Positions 21,714 to 31,500 of a stretch of DNA of 64,000 bases are shown here, in pieces; the first letter of the stretch is position 1, and the number at the start of each line of letters is the position of its first letter. Both the position numbers and the translations under genes were made by a program. Location: positions 30,208 through 94,207 of the forward strand of contig JAEYNR010000039.1 in assembly GCA_023412475.1 (NCBI GenBank). Reading direction: 5' to 3'. The stretch is from Fibrobacterota bacterium. Lineage in GTDB: Bacteria; Fibrobacterota; Chitinivibrionia; Chitinivibrionales; Chitinispirillaceae. The notes under the pieces were generated by a model that was given only the letters and a program-made list of their open reading frames with translations, was not told the origin of the DNA and ran no database searches.

Positions 21714-22709
21714 TCATATCCAGATTCTCTTTTTAATTTTCTCAATAAGTTCAAGATCTTGTTGTGATTTAGGTGCACTACATATGGCATGCAAAACAAC
21801 AATGGTTAAAATCACTAAAAACGAAAAACATATACTCAGTACCACTGGATACACTTTTTTTATTTTAAAATCATACACTCTTAAGATAGGATCCACCACC
21901 TTAAAAGCCTCCTTACTCACTAGCATCTCTTTTTCCATCTCGTTTGCTATCAATCCCTGAAGTTTCTCCCGCAACAGAGGATCTGCAACAATCTCAAGCT
22001 GTTTATCCAGATAACTAACGTTTTCTCTGGCTTCCCGCAGCACCATATCTTTTATGTATATATTCAGGTATTGAAGGCACTTGGAAAGAAGAGTATCTGC
22101 AAAGGTACTATCTTTACTATTCACAGTAATAGTCATGGTACTATTACTGTTTAACTCTCTTTTCAAAATGCCACCGCTCACAGCCACGCCAATTGCCAAT
22201 ATATTGGGTTTTACAAAACCCTCTTTCCATTCATTTTTAATCGTATCGTACGAGGTTTTGTACACCTTTGGATAAAGATTTTTAATCACCTGCGGAAGCA
22301 AGTCGTACTTTTCAACCAACTCGGCATTAAACTTCCTACTTCCCAAGATAAGATCTATCTTGTCTAAACCGGGATTTCCTCCAATATTCAACTGGCTGGC
22401 AACCAGTCCACCAAATGCTCCCAACCCAGAGAAATTAGGTGCGGATTTATTCTCATTTTCCTTAGCTGCAATGACCGTCTCTGCCCTAAAGGAGGGGCCC
22501 TTAAGAATTGCAACCAAATAACCTGAAACCAGCCCCAATAAAGCAAAACCTATTATCCACCACTTGTTTTTCACCAGCACATAGATATATTCCAGTATGT
22601 TAAACTCATCTGGGTCTGTCATAGCTGGTAGAAAAGCTGAACTGGAATCAGATTCCGTTTGATTTGATTTAACTGTCTGGAGATGATGTTGATCTATCAT
22701 TTTTTCCAT
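21714..22709 (-). CDS. Wzz-like polysaccharide chain-length determinant (no kinase domain)
   Basis: Wzz N-terminal pattern FNILEYIYVLVKNKWWIIGFALLGLVSGY (TM1), a periplasmic coiled region, and a second TM near the C-terminus. Confidence 0.7.
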   Translation of the reverse strand: MEKMIDQHHLQTVKSNQTESDSSSAFLPAMTDPDEFNILEYIYVLVKNKWWIIGFALLGLVSGYLVAILKGPSFRAETVIAAKENENKSAPNFSGLGAFGGLVASQLNIGGNPGLDKIDLILGSRKFNAELVEKYDLLPQVIKNLYPKVYKTSYDTIKNEWKEGFVKPNILAIGVAVSGGILKRELNSNSTMTITVNSKDSTFADTLLSKCLQYLNIYIKDMVLREARENVSYLDKQLEIVADPLLREKLQGLIANEMEKEMLVSKEAFKVVDPILRVYDFKIKKVYPVVLSICFSFLVILTIVVLHAICSAPKSQQDLELIEKIKKRIWI

Positions 22710-23040
22710 TACTGTGACAATATTAAGGATGTAACCAATACATATTTAGTTTTATGATTTTTTTGAAGATAATTCTTTATACTTAAAGCTTTCCTGAATA
22801 ATATCCAAGTCTTATCCTTCCATTTTCTAAACTAGGACTATAAAACTAATTTTTATCCCCATTTAACTACAACTATTCAATGTATTGATCCAGAAACCAT
22901 ATCCATTATTAGCATTCAATAACTTAAATACGATTGATGCAAAACAAAGGTATGTCATTTGCAATACCTGCTAACAAGAAATCTCAGAGTGTCGCGATTC
23001 TCTGCAAAGCATTTAATCACTTGTATTAGGAGGTATGTTT

Positions 23041-23598
23041 ATGAGGTATTTCATCTTAGGAATTCTAATTTGTCTTGCAGTTCTGAGCGCAAATGCACAG
23101 ATGGACACTACCACAAGAGGGTACAATGGAAGCAGAGCTCAGGATGGTGCTGCCACCCAGGCTCCAGATGCTTTCTTTGCCGGATTTGGAACTGGAACTC
23201 TGGATAATTTGGGAGCAAATGATCTTTCTTATCAAATGATTGCTGGAAAAATCTGGAATGCAGGTGCTTTGTTTGGTATAAAAGCTCTTGCAGAAGTCAC
23301 TACAGACTTTGATAACGCCATTTTAGCTTCGGCTCTAATTGGATCAAATTTTTACCCTGTAAGACAAAGTGAGTTTGCCCCTTATATAGGAGCTGCCGGG
23401 GGTATTGGTTATGCGAACGGGCGTGGAACCAGTGATGCTTTAGGATTCGACCTGAGTAGCACTATTGGATTTCTAATTTTCCGCAGTGCTCCAATAAATG
23501 TAAAACTCGAAGGAAATGCAAACTTTCTTTTCCGTGAATTTTCTGATGAGAATGGTATACCCATGACTTTTACAGGTAGACTTGCTTTATTATTCTAA
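23041..23598 (+). CDS. Small outer-membrane beta-barrel protein (hypothetical)
   Basis: AGGAGG at 23028-23033 is 7 nt before ATG 23041 and only 1 nt before the track's 23035. Signal peptide MRYFILGILICLAVLSANAQ, Gly/aromatic-rich alternating strands, terminal Phe. Confidence 0.55.
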   Translation: MRYFILGILICLAVLSANAQMDTTTRGYNGSRAQDGAATQAPDAFFAGFGTGTLDNLGANDLSYQMIAGKIWNAGALFGIKALAEVTTDFDNAILASALIGSNFYPVRQSEFAPYIGAAGGIGYANGRGTSDALGFDLSSTIGFLIFRSAPINVKLEGNANFLFREFSDENGIPMTFTGRLALLF

Positions 23599-23611
23599 AG
23601 AAACAAATCAA

Positions 23612-23650
23612 AGTATACAGGTGCTCAATTCGGGCACCTGTATACTTTTA
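23612..23650. terminator. Bidirectional intrinsic terminator between convergent genes
   Basis: Perfect 13-bp stem AGTATACAGGTGC (23612-23624) / GCACCTGTATACT (23634-23646) with a 9-nt loop, followed by TTTT. Confidence 0.75.
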
Positions 23651-23657
23651 TGCAAAA

Positions 23658-24026
23658 TTAAAACTGATTGGTACGTAACAGCACAAGTGTACAAGCGTTT
23701 ATACAATCGATTCCATTCTCTTTTAATTCTTTCTCAAGCTCCGCTGATTCTGTTCCAGGGTTACAAATAACCCTCTCAGGTTTCACCCTTATTATCTCCT
23801 GTAGATGCTGACTCCATCTCTGTGGTCGCATATAAATGGTAACTGTGTGGATAAACTGATCAATGTCCAAAATACTTTTATACACTGCGATTCCATCAAT
23901 TGACTCAACTATTGGATTCACCGGAAAAACCGTGTGTCCTTTCTCAATTAACATCCTTAAAGCCTTAAAAGAGTAACGATCAATTTTATCACTAGCTCCT
24001 AAAATTGCTACATTTTTTGCTTCCAT
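23658..24026 (-). CDS. CoA-binding domain protein (YccU-like)
   Basis: VAILGASDKIDRYSFKALRMLIEKGHTVFPVNP is typical of CoA_binding_2. Confidence 0.8.
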   Translation of the reverse strand: MEAKNVAILGASDKIDRYSFKALRMLIEKGHTVFPVNPIVESIDGIAVYKSILDIDQFIHTVTIYMRPQRWSQHLQEIIRVKPERVICNPGTESAELEKELKENGIDCINACTLVLLRTNQF

Positions 24027-24140
24027 CTTATTCCCTGGTGCTCAAATAAGAAATAATCATGATTTACTCTAATCTCATGCTTTTATTAAAATCCTGATGA
24101 GCCCAGAAATATGGACTCACCAAGATAAAACTACATTTAA

Positions 24141-26678
24141 TCAGGCTTTTCTCTCCTTTAAAACTACCTCGGATGATTTAACTTTCCAAATGTCATCAGC
24201 ATATTCCTGAATGGCTCTGTCAGAGGAAAATTTGCCCATATTTGCTACATTAAGGATCGATTTCTGAGTCCAGGTAAATCTGTCATTAACATATAATTTT
24301 TCTATTTTTGATTGGCATTCTAAATAATCATCAAAATCAGCCATTACCATGTATCGATCACCATGATTAAGAAGAGAATCAAAAATAGGATTAAAAAGGT
24401 GGGGTTCTTCCGGACTGAAAAATCCAGATGAAACAAGATCCATAACCCGTTTCAGCTCTACAGATTTTTGATAATACTCTCTGGGATTATAACCGCGGTT
24501 TCGGACCTCCTCAACTTCATCAGCTACAAGTCCGAAAATAAAGATGTTTTCTTCCCCAACCTGTTCCCGTATTTCAATATTTGCTCCATCCATTGTACCT
24601 ACAGTAAGCGCTCCATTAAGGGCAAACTTCATATTACCAGTGCCGGATGCCTCTGTACCAGCAGTAGATATCTGTTCAGACAGGTCGGCCGCAGGTATGA
24701 CATATTCAGCAAGTGAAACTCTGTAGTTTGGCAGAAAATATACTTCCAGAAGACCTTTAGAAGATGGATCAGTGTTTATAACATTTGCCACATTGTTAAT
24801 AAACTTAATGATTAGTTTAGCCATATAGTACCCTGGAGCAGACTTTCCAGCAAACATAACGCATCTTGGAACAAAATCAGTAGTATTTCCTTCTTTTATT
24901 CTGTTATACAAAGCAATACAATGAAGGATTTTCAATAATTGGCGTTTATATTCATGTATTCTTTTAACATGCACATCAAATAGCATGTTGGGATTTATCC
25001 GTAGGCCATCCCATTTAGCAATTTTTTTAACGAATTCGTTTTTGCATTTCTGTTTTGCCTGCTGCCATTGTAATTGGAAATCATTATCAGAAGAAAAAGC
25101 TTCCAATCTTTTCAGCTCAGAGAGATTTGTAATCCATCCAGAACCAATTTTGCTTGATATTAAATCTCTCAAGGCCGGGTTAGATTTGTAAAGCCAGCGA
25201 CGTTGGGTAACGCCGTTAGTTTTATTATTAAATTTCTCAGGCCACATTTCATAAAAATCCCGCACTAATCCATTAGAAAGAAGCTGTGTGTGAAGTTGTG
25301 AAACCCCATTTATTGAATGGCTAGCTACTATGGCCAGATATGCCATTCTGACCTGAGGCTCCGAACCCTCTTCAATAAGTGACATCCGTCGTAATCGATC
25401 AATATCGCCAGGATACTTGAAAGATACTTGCCTCAGAAAACGGGCATTTATTTCATAGATAATTTCCATGTGACGTGGCAGCAAACGTTTCATCAAACTG
25501 ACCGGCCATTTTTCCAACGCTTCGGGCATCAGTGTGTGATTTGTATAGGCAAAGGTTTCTGTAACTATTTGCCAGGCCTCATTCCAACTTAATTTATGCT
25601 CATCAATTAGCAATCGCATAAGCTCTACAATAGAAATTGCGGGATGAGTGTCATTAAGCTGAATTGCAACCTTGTTGGAAAAGTCATTAAATTCATTATT
25701 CGACTGAAGAAATCGTCGAATAATATCCTGTAGAGATGCGGATGAGAAAAAGTACTGCTGTTTTAATCTCAATTCTCTGCCAGAAGTATTATTATCATTT
25801 GGATAAAGTACTTTTGATATGTTTTCACTGCTTATTTTATCCTGACATGCACCTATATAATCTCCATTATTAAAATATTGGAGATTAAACTCTTCGGCTG
25901 CTTTAGCCGACCACAATCTGAGTGTATTTACGTTATTGGCTCCGTAACCAGGAATTGGTATATCATACGGGATAGCAATAACATCATCTGTATCTACCCA
26001 GCTTACCCTGGTGTGACCTGCCTCATCAGTATAAAACATGGTTTTCCCATTGAATTTGATATTTACCTTATACTCTGGCCGTTCAAATTCCCAGGGGTTT
26101 CGATACTGAAGCCATAGCTCAGGTAGTTCGTGCTGATAGCCGTTTAGAATTTTTTGATTAAAAATTCCAAATTCATAGCGAATTCCATAACCTACTGCAG
26201 GTAGTTTTAACGTTGCCATAGAATCTAAATAGCATGCTGCAAGTCTTCCCAAGCCACCATTTCCCAAACCTGCATCATGCTCCTGATCAATAATCTCCTC
26301 TAACTTTAAATTAAGCTCTCTGGTAGCCTCTTCGCATGGTTCTGTAATTTTAAGATTCATAATATTATCTGCTAGCAGGCGTCCCAACAAAAATTCCATC
26401 GAAAGATAATACACTCGTTTTACATTATTATTATGATAGTTTTGTCTACTGGCAATCCAGCGTTCGATAAGACGTTCCCTTACAGTGTAAGAAAGGCTTA
26501 AATATTGATCGTGAGAGGTTATTGAGTATTTATCTTTTGCTATTTTGTATTCAAGATTATCCAGAAATCCCTGACGAATATCATCAGCACTCATTCCTTT
26601 TTGTTGAATATGCCATATAGAGCTATTATCCCGGCTTATTGGTTTCCCAATAATTTTTTCTGTTGTTTCACTACTCAT
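24141..26678 (-). CDS. glgP: Glycogen/alpha-glucan phosphorylase
   Basis: 845 aa. PLP-site motif EASGTGNMKFALNGALTVGTMDGANIEI and GLGNGGLGRLAAC. Confidence 0.95.
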   Translation of the reverse strand: MSSETTEKIIGKPISRDNSSIWHIQQKGMSADDIRQGFLDNLEYKIAKDKYSITSHDQYLSLSYTVRERLIERWIASRQNYHNNNVKRVYYLSMEFLLGRLLADNIMNLKITEPCEEATRELNLKLEEIIDQEHDAGLGNGGLGRLAACYLDSMATLKLPAVGYGIRYEFGIFNQKILNGYQHELPELWLQYRNPWEFERPEYKVNIKFNGKTMFYTDEAGHTRVSWVDTDDVIAIPYDIPIPGYGANNVNTLRLWSAKAAEEFNLQYFNNGDYIGACQDKISSENISKVLYPNDNNTSGRELRLKQQYFFSSASLQDIIRRFLQSNNEFNDFSNKVAIQLNDTHPAISIVELMRLLIDEHKLSWNEAWQIVTETFAYTNHTLMPEALEKWPVSLMKRLLPRHMEIIYEINARFLRQVSFKYPGDIDRLRRMSLIEEGSEPQVRMAYLAIVASHSINGVSQLHTQLLSNGLVRDFYEMWPEKFNNKTNGVTQRRWLYKSNPALRDLISSKIGSGWITNLSELKRLEAFSSDNDFQLQWQQAKQKCKNEFVKKIAKWDGLRINPNMLFDVHVKRIHEYKRQLLKILHCIALYNRIKEGNTTDFVPRCVMFAGKSAPGYYMAKLIIKFINNVANVINTDPSSKGLLEVYFLPNYRVSLAEYVIPAADLSEQISTAGTEASGTGNMKFALNGALTVGTMDGANIEIREQVGEENIFIFGLVADEVEEVRNRGYNPREYYQKSVELKRVMDLVSSGFFSPEEPHLFNPIFDSLLNHGDRYMVMADFDDYLECQSKIEKLYVNDRFTWTQKSILNVANMGKFSSDRAIQEYADDIWKVKSSEVVLKERKA

Positions 26679-26952
26679 TAATATTAGTCCTGTGCTGAAG
26701 TGAATAAGAATGTTTTTACAATTTTATTACGAAAAACTAAAAAATATATGAAATATAAAGTTATATCAACAAATACTGAATGCTTCAACTGATTAAAATA
26801 AAATAACTTAGAAGAAATTAATTATTTCAATTATCTAATTTTATTCATATTCAAATACTTTGTCAAATTGTATTTTTTCTGAATGAACGAAATTTGAAAC
26901 TGAAGATTAGTTTTTTGCTTAGAAGATTGAGATGTTTCTATTGAACATTTCT

Positions 26953-27141
26953 TTAAATTTCAGTTTCTTCTAAAGGTAATGTCAGAAGATGAGTACTATG
27001 GTCTTCAGTATTGAACCAAAAGGCTAATAGATCGCCCATTTTAGTAAAACATTCAACCAAGTCTGACCTATTTCCACAGGGATATATACTTTTGTATTTT
27101 TTCGTGGCTTCAGCAATCATTTTTAATTTTAGTTCATTCAT
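26953..27141 (-). CDS. Hypothetical small protein (62 aa)
   Basis: AAGGGG about 8 nt upstream of the ATG. No family recognised. Confidence 0.35.
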   Translation of the reverse strand: MNELKLKMIAEATKKYKSIYPCGNRSDLVECFTKMGDLLAFWFNTEDHSTHLLTLPLEETEI

Positions 27142-27346
27142 TAACTACCCCTTGTATTCTCCTTCCCAGCAAGAGGCATACCAAATCAAAAATCATTACA
27201 TTGTTTGTTTTTAGCTTATTTAAATCGATATTAGTTTGATGCTAAGGAAAAAGTTACAACTAAAAAAAGAATTAATTTCCTACTATAAGAAATTATTTTC
27301 TAAAAACTTAATTTAAATAAAGAAAAATTCCCTGGGGTTAATTAAT

Positions 27347-27784
27347 TTGAATATTGAAAAAATCACTATTTCTGACGTAATAGAGATCTATGAAATAGAA
27401 AAAAGGTGTTACTCTAATCCATGGAAATACCAATCATTGGAAAATGAATTAAAACTACCATTTGCCTTTCATTATAAGTTCAATATAAACGGCAGAATTG
27501 CCGGATATTGTTTTTGTTCTCTCAGCTTAGAGAATCTTCATATAAACAATTTCTGTATTGATGAACCATATCAAAATAAAGGTAATGGTCTCAGTTTTTT
27601 AAAATGTCTCATTAAGGAAGCTATAAATTGTGGTGTCAGAATTTTAACGCTTGAGGTGGATACTAATAATTTAAAAGCATTAACACTCTATGAAAAAATA
27701 GGATTCAAAAAAGATAGAGCTATAAAGAAATTTTACTCAAATGGGAAAGATGCTCAAAGAATGTTTTTTAATGTTTGTAGCTAA
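27347..27784 (+). CDS. rimI: GNAT N-acetyltransferase, RimI-like
   Basis: YEIEKRCYSNPW and the acetyl-CoA motif QNKGNGLSFL. TTG start per the ORF track. Confidence 0.7.
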   Translation: MNIEKITISDVIEIYEIEKRCYSNPWKYQSLENELKLPFAFHYKFNINGRIAGYCFCSLSLENLHINNFCIDEPYQNKGNGLSFLKCLIKEAINCGVRILTLEVDTNNLKALTLYEKIGFKKDRAIKKFYSNGKDAQRMFFNVCS

Positions 27785-27896
27785 CGGCTAGTAATTACTA
27801 CCATTCTTTTTGTTTATTTATTTATATCCATAAACCTTCTGCCACAGTTTTTTGAAATCGTATACAAACATCCCTAATTTAATAGAAATCAATAGC

Positions 27897-28247
27897 TTAA
27901 ATCATATCTGCATTGCAATTTTCCATAGCACATGTTCCATGAAAAATTGCTCCTTCTTTAATAATCAGGTCTTTTGTCTTCAAATCTCCAACTAATGATG
28001 AATTTTCATCCAACTCTACCCTATCTTCAACTACAAGATTTCCTACTACTTTTCCTCCAATTATAGCACTTTTTGCAACTATGTCAGCTTCAACTACCCC
28101 TGTGTTTCCAATAGTTAAAATTTCAGTGGTTTCAATTTTCCCCTTAAAAGATCCATCTATTCTGACACAATGAGGAACATTTATAGTTCCTTCAAAATAA
28201 GTTCCTTCACCAATTAAAGTAATCGAACCCTTGTTTGTTTTTTCCAT
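27897..28247 (-). CDS. Bactofilin (polymer-forming cytoskeletal protein)
   Basis: 116 aa. The repetitive beta-helical pattern IDGSFKGKIET..VVEADIVAKSAIIGGKVVGNLVVEDRVELDENSSLVGDLKTKDLIIKEGAIFHG is typical of DUF583. Confidence 0.85.
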   Translation of the reverse strand: MEKTNKGSITLIGEGTYFEGTINVPHCVRIDGSFKGKIETTEILTIGNTGVVEADIVAKSAIIGGKVVGNLVVEDRVELDENSSLVGDLKTKDLIIKEGAIFHGTCAMENCNADMI

Positions 28248-28265
28248 ATAAAACTCCTTTAATCC

Positions 28266-29093
28266 CTAATCTTTTGGTACTAATAAATAATCAGATGGGT
28301 TAATTTGTTTACCATCTTTGATGACTTCGTAATGTAAATGGGGTGCTGTAGATCGTCCAGTGTTACCAACTAATGCAATTGTCTGACCTCTATTTACATT
28401 ATCATTTCGTGAAACAAGTACTTGTGAACAATGACCATATCTGGTTACAAAACTATGATCATGCCTGATGATCACCATTAATCCAAAGTATTTATCGTTT
28501 ATCACATCCTCAACAATTCCCATAGCTGTTGCTCTGATAGGTGTTCCCGAAGCAGCAGCAAAATCCACACCCTGGTGAAAAGAAGTGGTTGAATCCAGTG
28601 AAAAATGACGTGTTATCCAACCTTCAACAGGCAATATGTTAGGCACAGACACCAGGCGATCAAAAGATGTGGATGCATTTGATGATAATACATTTCTGGA
28701 AGATAATTGTAAAGAATCTTGTTTTTTCCAGAAAAAATTAAAATTGGGTTTTTTTTCAGAGTTTTTGAGATAATTAGAATCAGATATTGTGGTAGATAAA
28801 GCCAGATTTTCTAAATACTTGGATATAATTTCTATTTTATCCAATTTTTCTGATATTAACCTTAGGTTTTTTATATCTGAAGAAAGACGTTCATTCTCAC
28901 TCTTTACACTATGTAATAACTGGAGTTTTGCTGCAATTTCTCCTGATTTAGACAACAGAAGAACCATACCAACAGAAAAGATAAATAGAAAAAGAAATAA
29001 AGTATAAAGAATGTATTTGTGAATTCGCAAGGAAAATGATTTTCCATTATCCTCAGGAATAAACATTAAGGTGTAATATTTTGACTTGTTCAT
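28266..29093 (-). CDS. M23 (LytM-type) metallopeptidase with N-terminal TM and coiled coil
   Basis: HQGVDFAAASGTPIRA and GNTGRSTAPHLHYEV zinc-site motifs. The ATG overlaps the parB stop (ATGA). Confidence 0.9.
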   Translation of the reverse strand: MNKSKYYTLMFIPEDNGKSFSLRIHKYILYTLFLFLFIFSVGMVLLLSKSGEIAAKLQLLHSVKSENERLSSDIKNLRLISEKLDKIEIISKYLENLALSTTISDSNYLKNSEKKPNFNFFWKKQDSLQLSSRNVLSSNASTSFDRLVSVPNILPVEGWITRHFSLDSTTSFHQGVDFAAASGTPIRATAMGIVEDVINDKYFGLMVIIRHDHSFVTRYGHCSQVLVSRNDNVNRGQTIALVGNTGRSTAPHLHYEVIKDGKQINPSDYLLVPKD

Positions 29094-29971
29094 GCTAATA
29101 GTAGGTCCACTATTCTTATCAGGTCTGCTTGATTATAATAATCAATTTCCAGTTTGCCGATATTTTCTGATGACGGTTTGATTTTTACTGCTGTACCGAA
29201 CTTATATTGAAGACGTTCCAGAATATTAGCGATATCTGGATCAAGAATTTCTTCTTTTTTCTTATAAGAAGTCTTTTGCGACTTTTTCTCTTTATTAGCT
29301 TGGCTTTCTTTCTCAATATCACGCACCGAAAGATGCTCGGTTACAATACGATGAGCAAGTTCTAATTGATCTTTTTCATTTTCCAGAGCAAGAAGAGCCC
29401 TTGCGTGACCCATAGATATCTTCTCTTGTCTTACCATCTGCTGAATTTCTTCTGGGAGATTAAGAAGTCTTATAGAATTAGTAATTACAGTTCTACTTTT
29501 CCCTACCTGCTTGGAAAGCTCTTCATGTGTATAACTGAATTCTAATAACAATTTTTGATAAGCAATTGCTTTTTCAATTTCATTAAGTTCTTCTCTCTGA
29601 ATATTCTCAACCAGAGCTAATTCAAGCATTTCCCTATCAGTTATTTTTGTTTTAATAATACAGGGAAGCTTATCTCTTTTTAAATAGCTAAAAGCACGAA
29701 ATCTTCTTTCACCAGAAATTATTTCATAATGAGAATCCTTTTTTCTGACTACTGCAGGCTGCAATAATCCTTGACTCTCAATACTTTGAGCGAGATTTTT
29801 TATTTCTTCTTCATTAAAATCTATTCTAGGTTGAAATGGATTAGTTTTGATAGAGGAAATATCTAATAAACTTATTTCTTCATTAGAGCTCGAATTATCT
29901 CCGTCACTATGGTCAGGAATAAGATTTGATAATCCCCTGCCAAGAGCTCTACGAGCAGGTTGTTTTTTCAT
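29090..29971 (-). CDS. parB: Chromosome partitioning protein ParB/Spo0J
   Basis: RALGRGLSNLI, ISGERRFRA and LVENIQREELN. Confidence 0.93.
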   Translation of the reverse strand: MKKQPARRALGRGLSNLIPDHSDGDNSSSNEEISLLDISSIKTNPFQPRIDFNEEEIKNLAQSIESQGLLQPAVVRKKDSHYEIISGERRFRAFSYLKRDKLPCIIKTKITDREMLELALVENIQREELNEIEKAIAYQKLLLEFSYTHEELSKQVGKSRTVITNSIRLLNLPEEIQQMVRQEKISMGHARALLALENEKDQLELAHRIVTEHLSVRDIEKESQANKEKKSQKTSYKKKEEILDPDIANILERLQYKFGTAVKIKPSSENIGKLEIDYYNQADLIRIVDLLLA

Positions 29972-30746
29972 TTTGCATGATTTCCTTAGCTAAGTTGAGA
30001 TAATTTTCTGCTCCCGAGGACATAATATCATAAAAAATGATAGGCTTACCAAAAGAAGGAGCTTCACTTAGTTTGACATTTCTAGTAATTACCACATCGA
30101 AAACCCTACCTGAAAAGCAAGATCGAACATCTTCTGCAACTTGTCTGGAAAGGTTTAAACGATTATCATACATAGTGAGAAGAGCCCCTTCAATAACCAG
30201 ATTTGAATTAAGGCTTTTTTGCACTAAACGTATAGTATTTAGAAGTTCAGCAAGCCCTTCAAGAGCATAATATTCACATTGAATTGGAATGAGTACCGAA
30301 TCTGCTGCGGTTAGGACATTCACAGTCAAAAGACCCAATGAAGGTGGGGAATCGATAATAATGTAATCATAATCATTTCCAAGGGAAGTGAGTGCAGAAT
30401 CGAGTCTTTTTTCTCTTGCAATTACATTTACCAGTTCTATTTCTGCGCCAGCCAATTCTGGTGTAGAAGGAAGAATATCCAAATATTTAATTGATTCTAC
30501 GTGCACAATTGCACTAACTGCTTTTAAGTGATCTGGGTGATCTGGGCTGCTGGTTATAACATCATACACAGAATAATCGATTTCATTTTTGTCTAACCCT
30601 AAACCAGTAGTGGTATTAGATTGCGGATCCATATCTACAATAAGAGTCCTTCGCTCTGCAGCAGAAAGACATGCAGCTAGATTTATGGAAGTTGTTGTTT
30701 TTCCAACCCCACCTTTTTGATTACAAACAGCTATTACCTTAGCCAC
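29949..30746 (-). CDS. parA: Chromosome partitioning ATPase ParA/Soj
   Basis: Deviant Walker A CNQKGGVGKTTTSINLA and IIIDSPPSLG. Confidence 0.95.
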   Translation of the reverse strand: MAKVIAVCNQKGGVGKTTTSINLAACLSAAERRTLIVDMDPQSNTTTGLGLDKNEIDYSVYDVITSSPDHPDHLKAVSAIVHVESIKYLDILPSTPELAGAEIELVNVIAREKRLDSALTSLGNDYDYIIIDSPPSLGLLTVNVLTAADSVLIPIQCEYYALEGLAELLNTIRLVQKSLNSNLVIEGALLTMYDNRLNLSRQVAEDVRSCFSGRVFDVVITRNVKLSEAPSFGKPIIFYDIMSSGAENYLNLAKEIMQNEKTTCS

Positions 30747-30813
30747 TAGGAACCCCTTACTTGCATTTTAAGATATCATTAAACTGCCAATAGAGTATAT
30801 CATAAGAACCGGA

Positions 30814-31500
30814 TTAGTCTTTTGTTAATTCAAGAGAAACAAGATTGAGACCCAGAATCTGATTTCCAAGATCATATTCTGCTATTTCACTGATCTTAAT
30901 TCCATCTTTTTCTTTGTTTGATGTTATAAAATCAAGTTCTGACGTGAATTGTTTTGTTTTAAAAGTATACATGTGACCTTCTTTGCACAATAGAGGTTTT
31001 GCCAATTGTGAAAATTTCTGAAGAGAACCAAAGCCTCTGCTTATCACATAATCAAAAGGTTTTTCAGGAGAAGATATATTTTCGACCTTACTATTAATAA
31101 TAGATATATTATTAAACTTGAGCTCGTCTTTTACTTCATTAAGAAAAAGAGATTTCTTTTTATTCGATTCTACAAGCAAAAATTTCAAATCCGGTCTAAA
31201 TATTCTGATAGGAATTGAAGGAAATCCACCCCCAGAACCGATATCTAAAATGGTCGCATTTTTTTTAAAACCAAATAACAAGAGGGGTTGAAGTGAATCA
31301 CAGAAATGACGTAAAAAAAGAATACTTTCATCTGCCTTAGATATTAGTAGTGAATCTTTATTCCACTTAAATATTAAACAGGTAAAGGTAAGGATCAACT
31401 CCCGTTGCGACATATCAGGTGTAAGCCCCAGCCGTTCCAACTCTTTAAGCTCATAACAACTTTTTGCCCTATCAAGAAATGATTTAAGTGAATTATTCAT
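30814..31500 (-). CDS. rsmG: 16S rRNA (guanine527-N7)-methyltransferase RsmG/GidB
   Basis: SAM motif ILDIGSGGGFPSIPI. Canonical position between mnmG and parA. Confidence 0.85.
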   Translation of the reverse strand: MNNSLKSFLDRAKSCYELKELERLGLTPDMSQRELILTFTCLIFKWNKDSLLISKADESILFLRHFCDSLQPLLLFGFKKNATILDIGSGGGFPSIPIRIFRPDLKFLLVESNKKKSLFLNEVKDELKFNNISIINSKVENISSPEKPFDYVISRGFGSLQKFSQLAKPLLCKEGHMYTFKTKQFTSELDFITSNKEKDGIKISEIAEYDLGNQILGLNLVSLELTKD

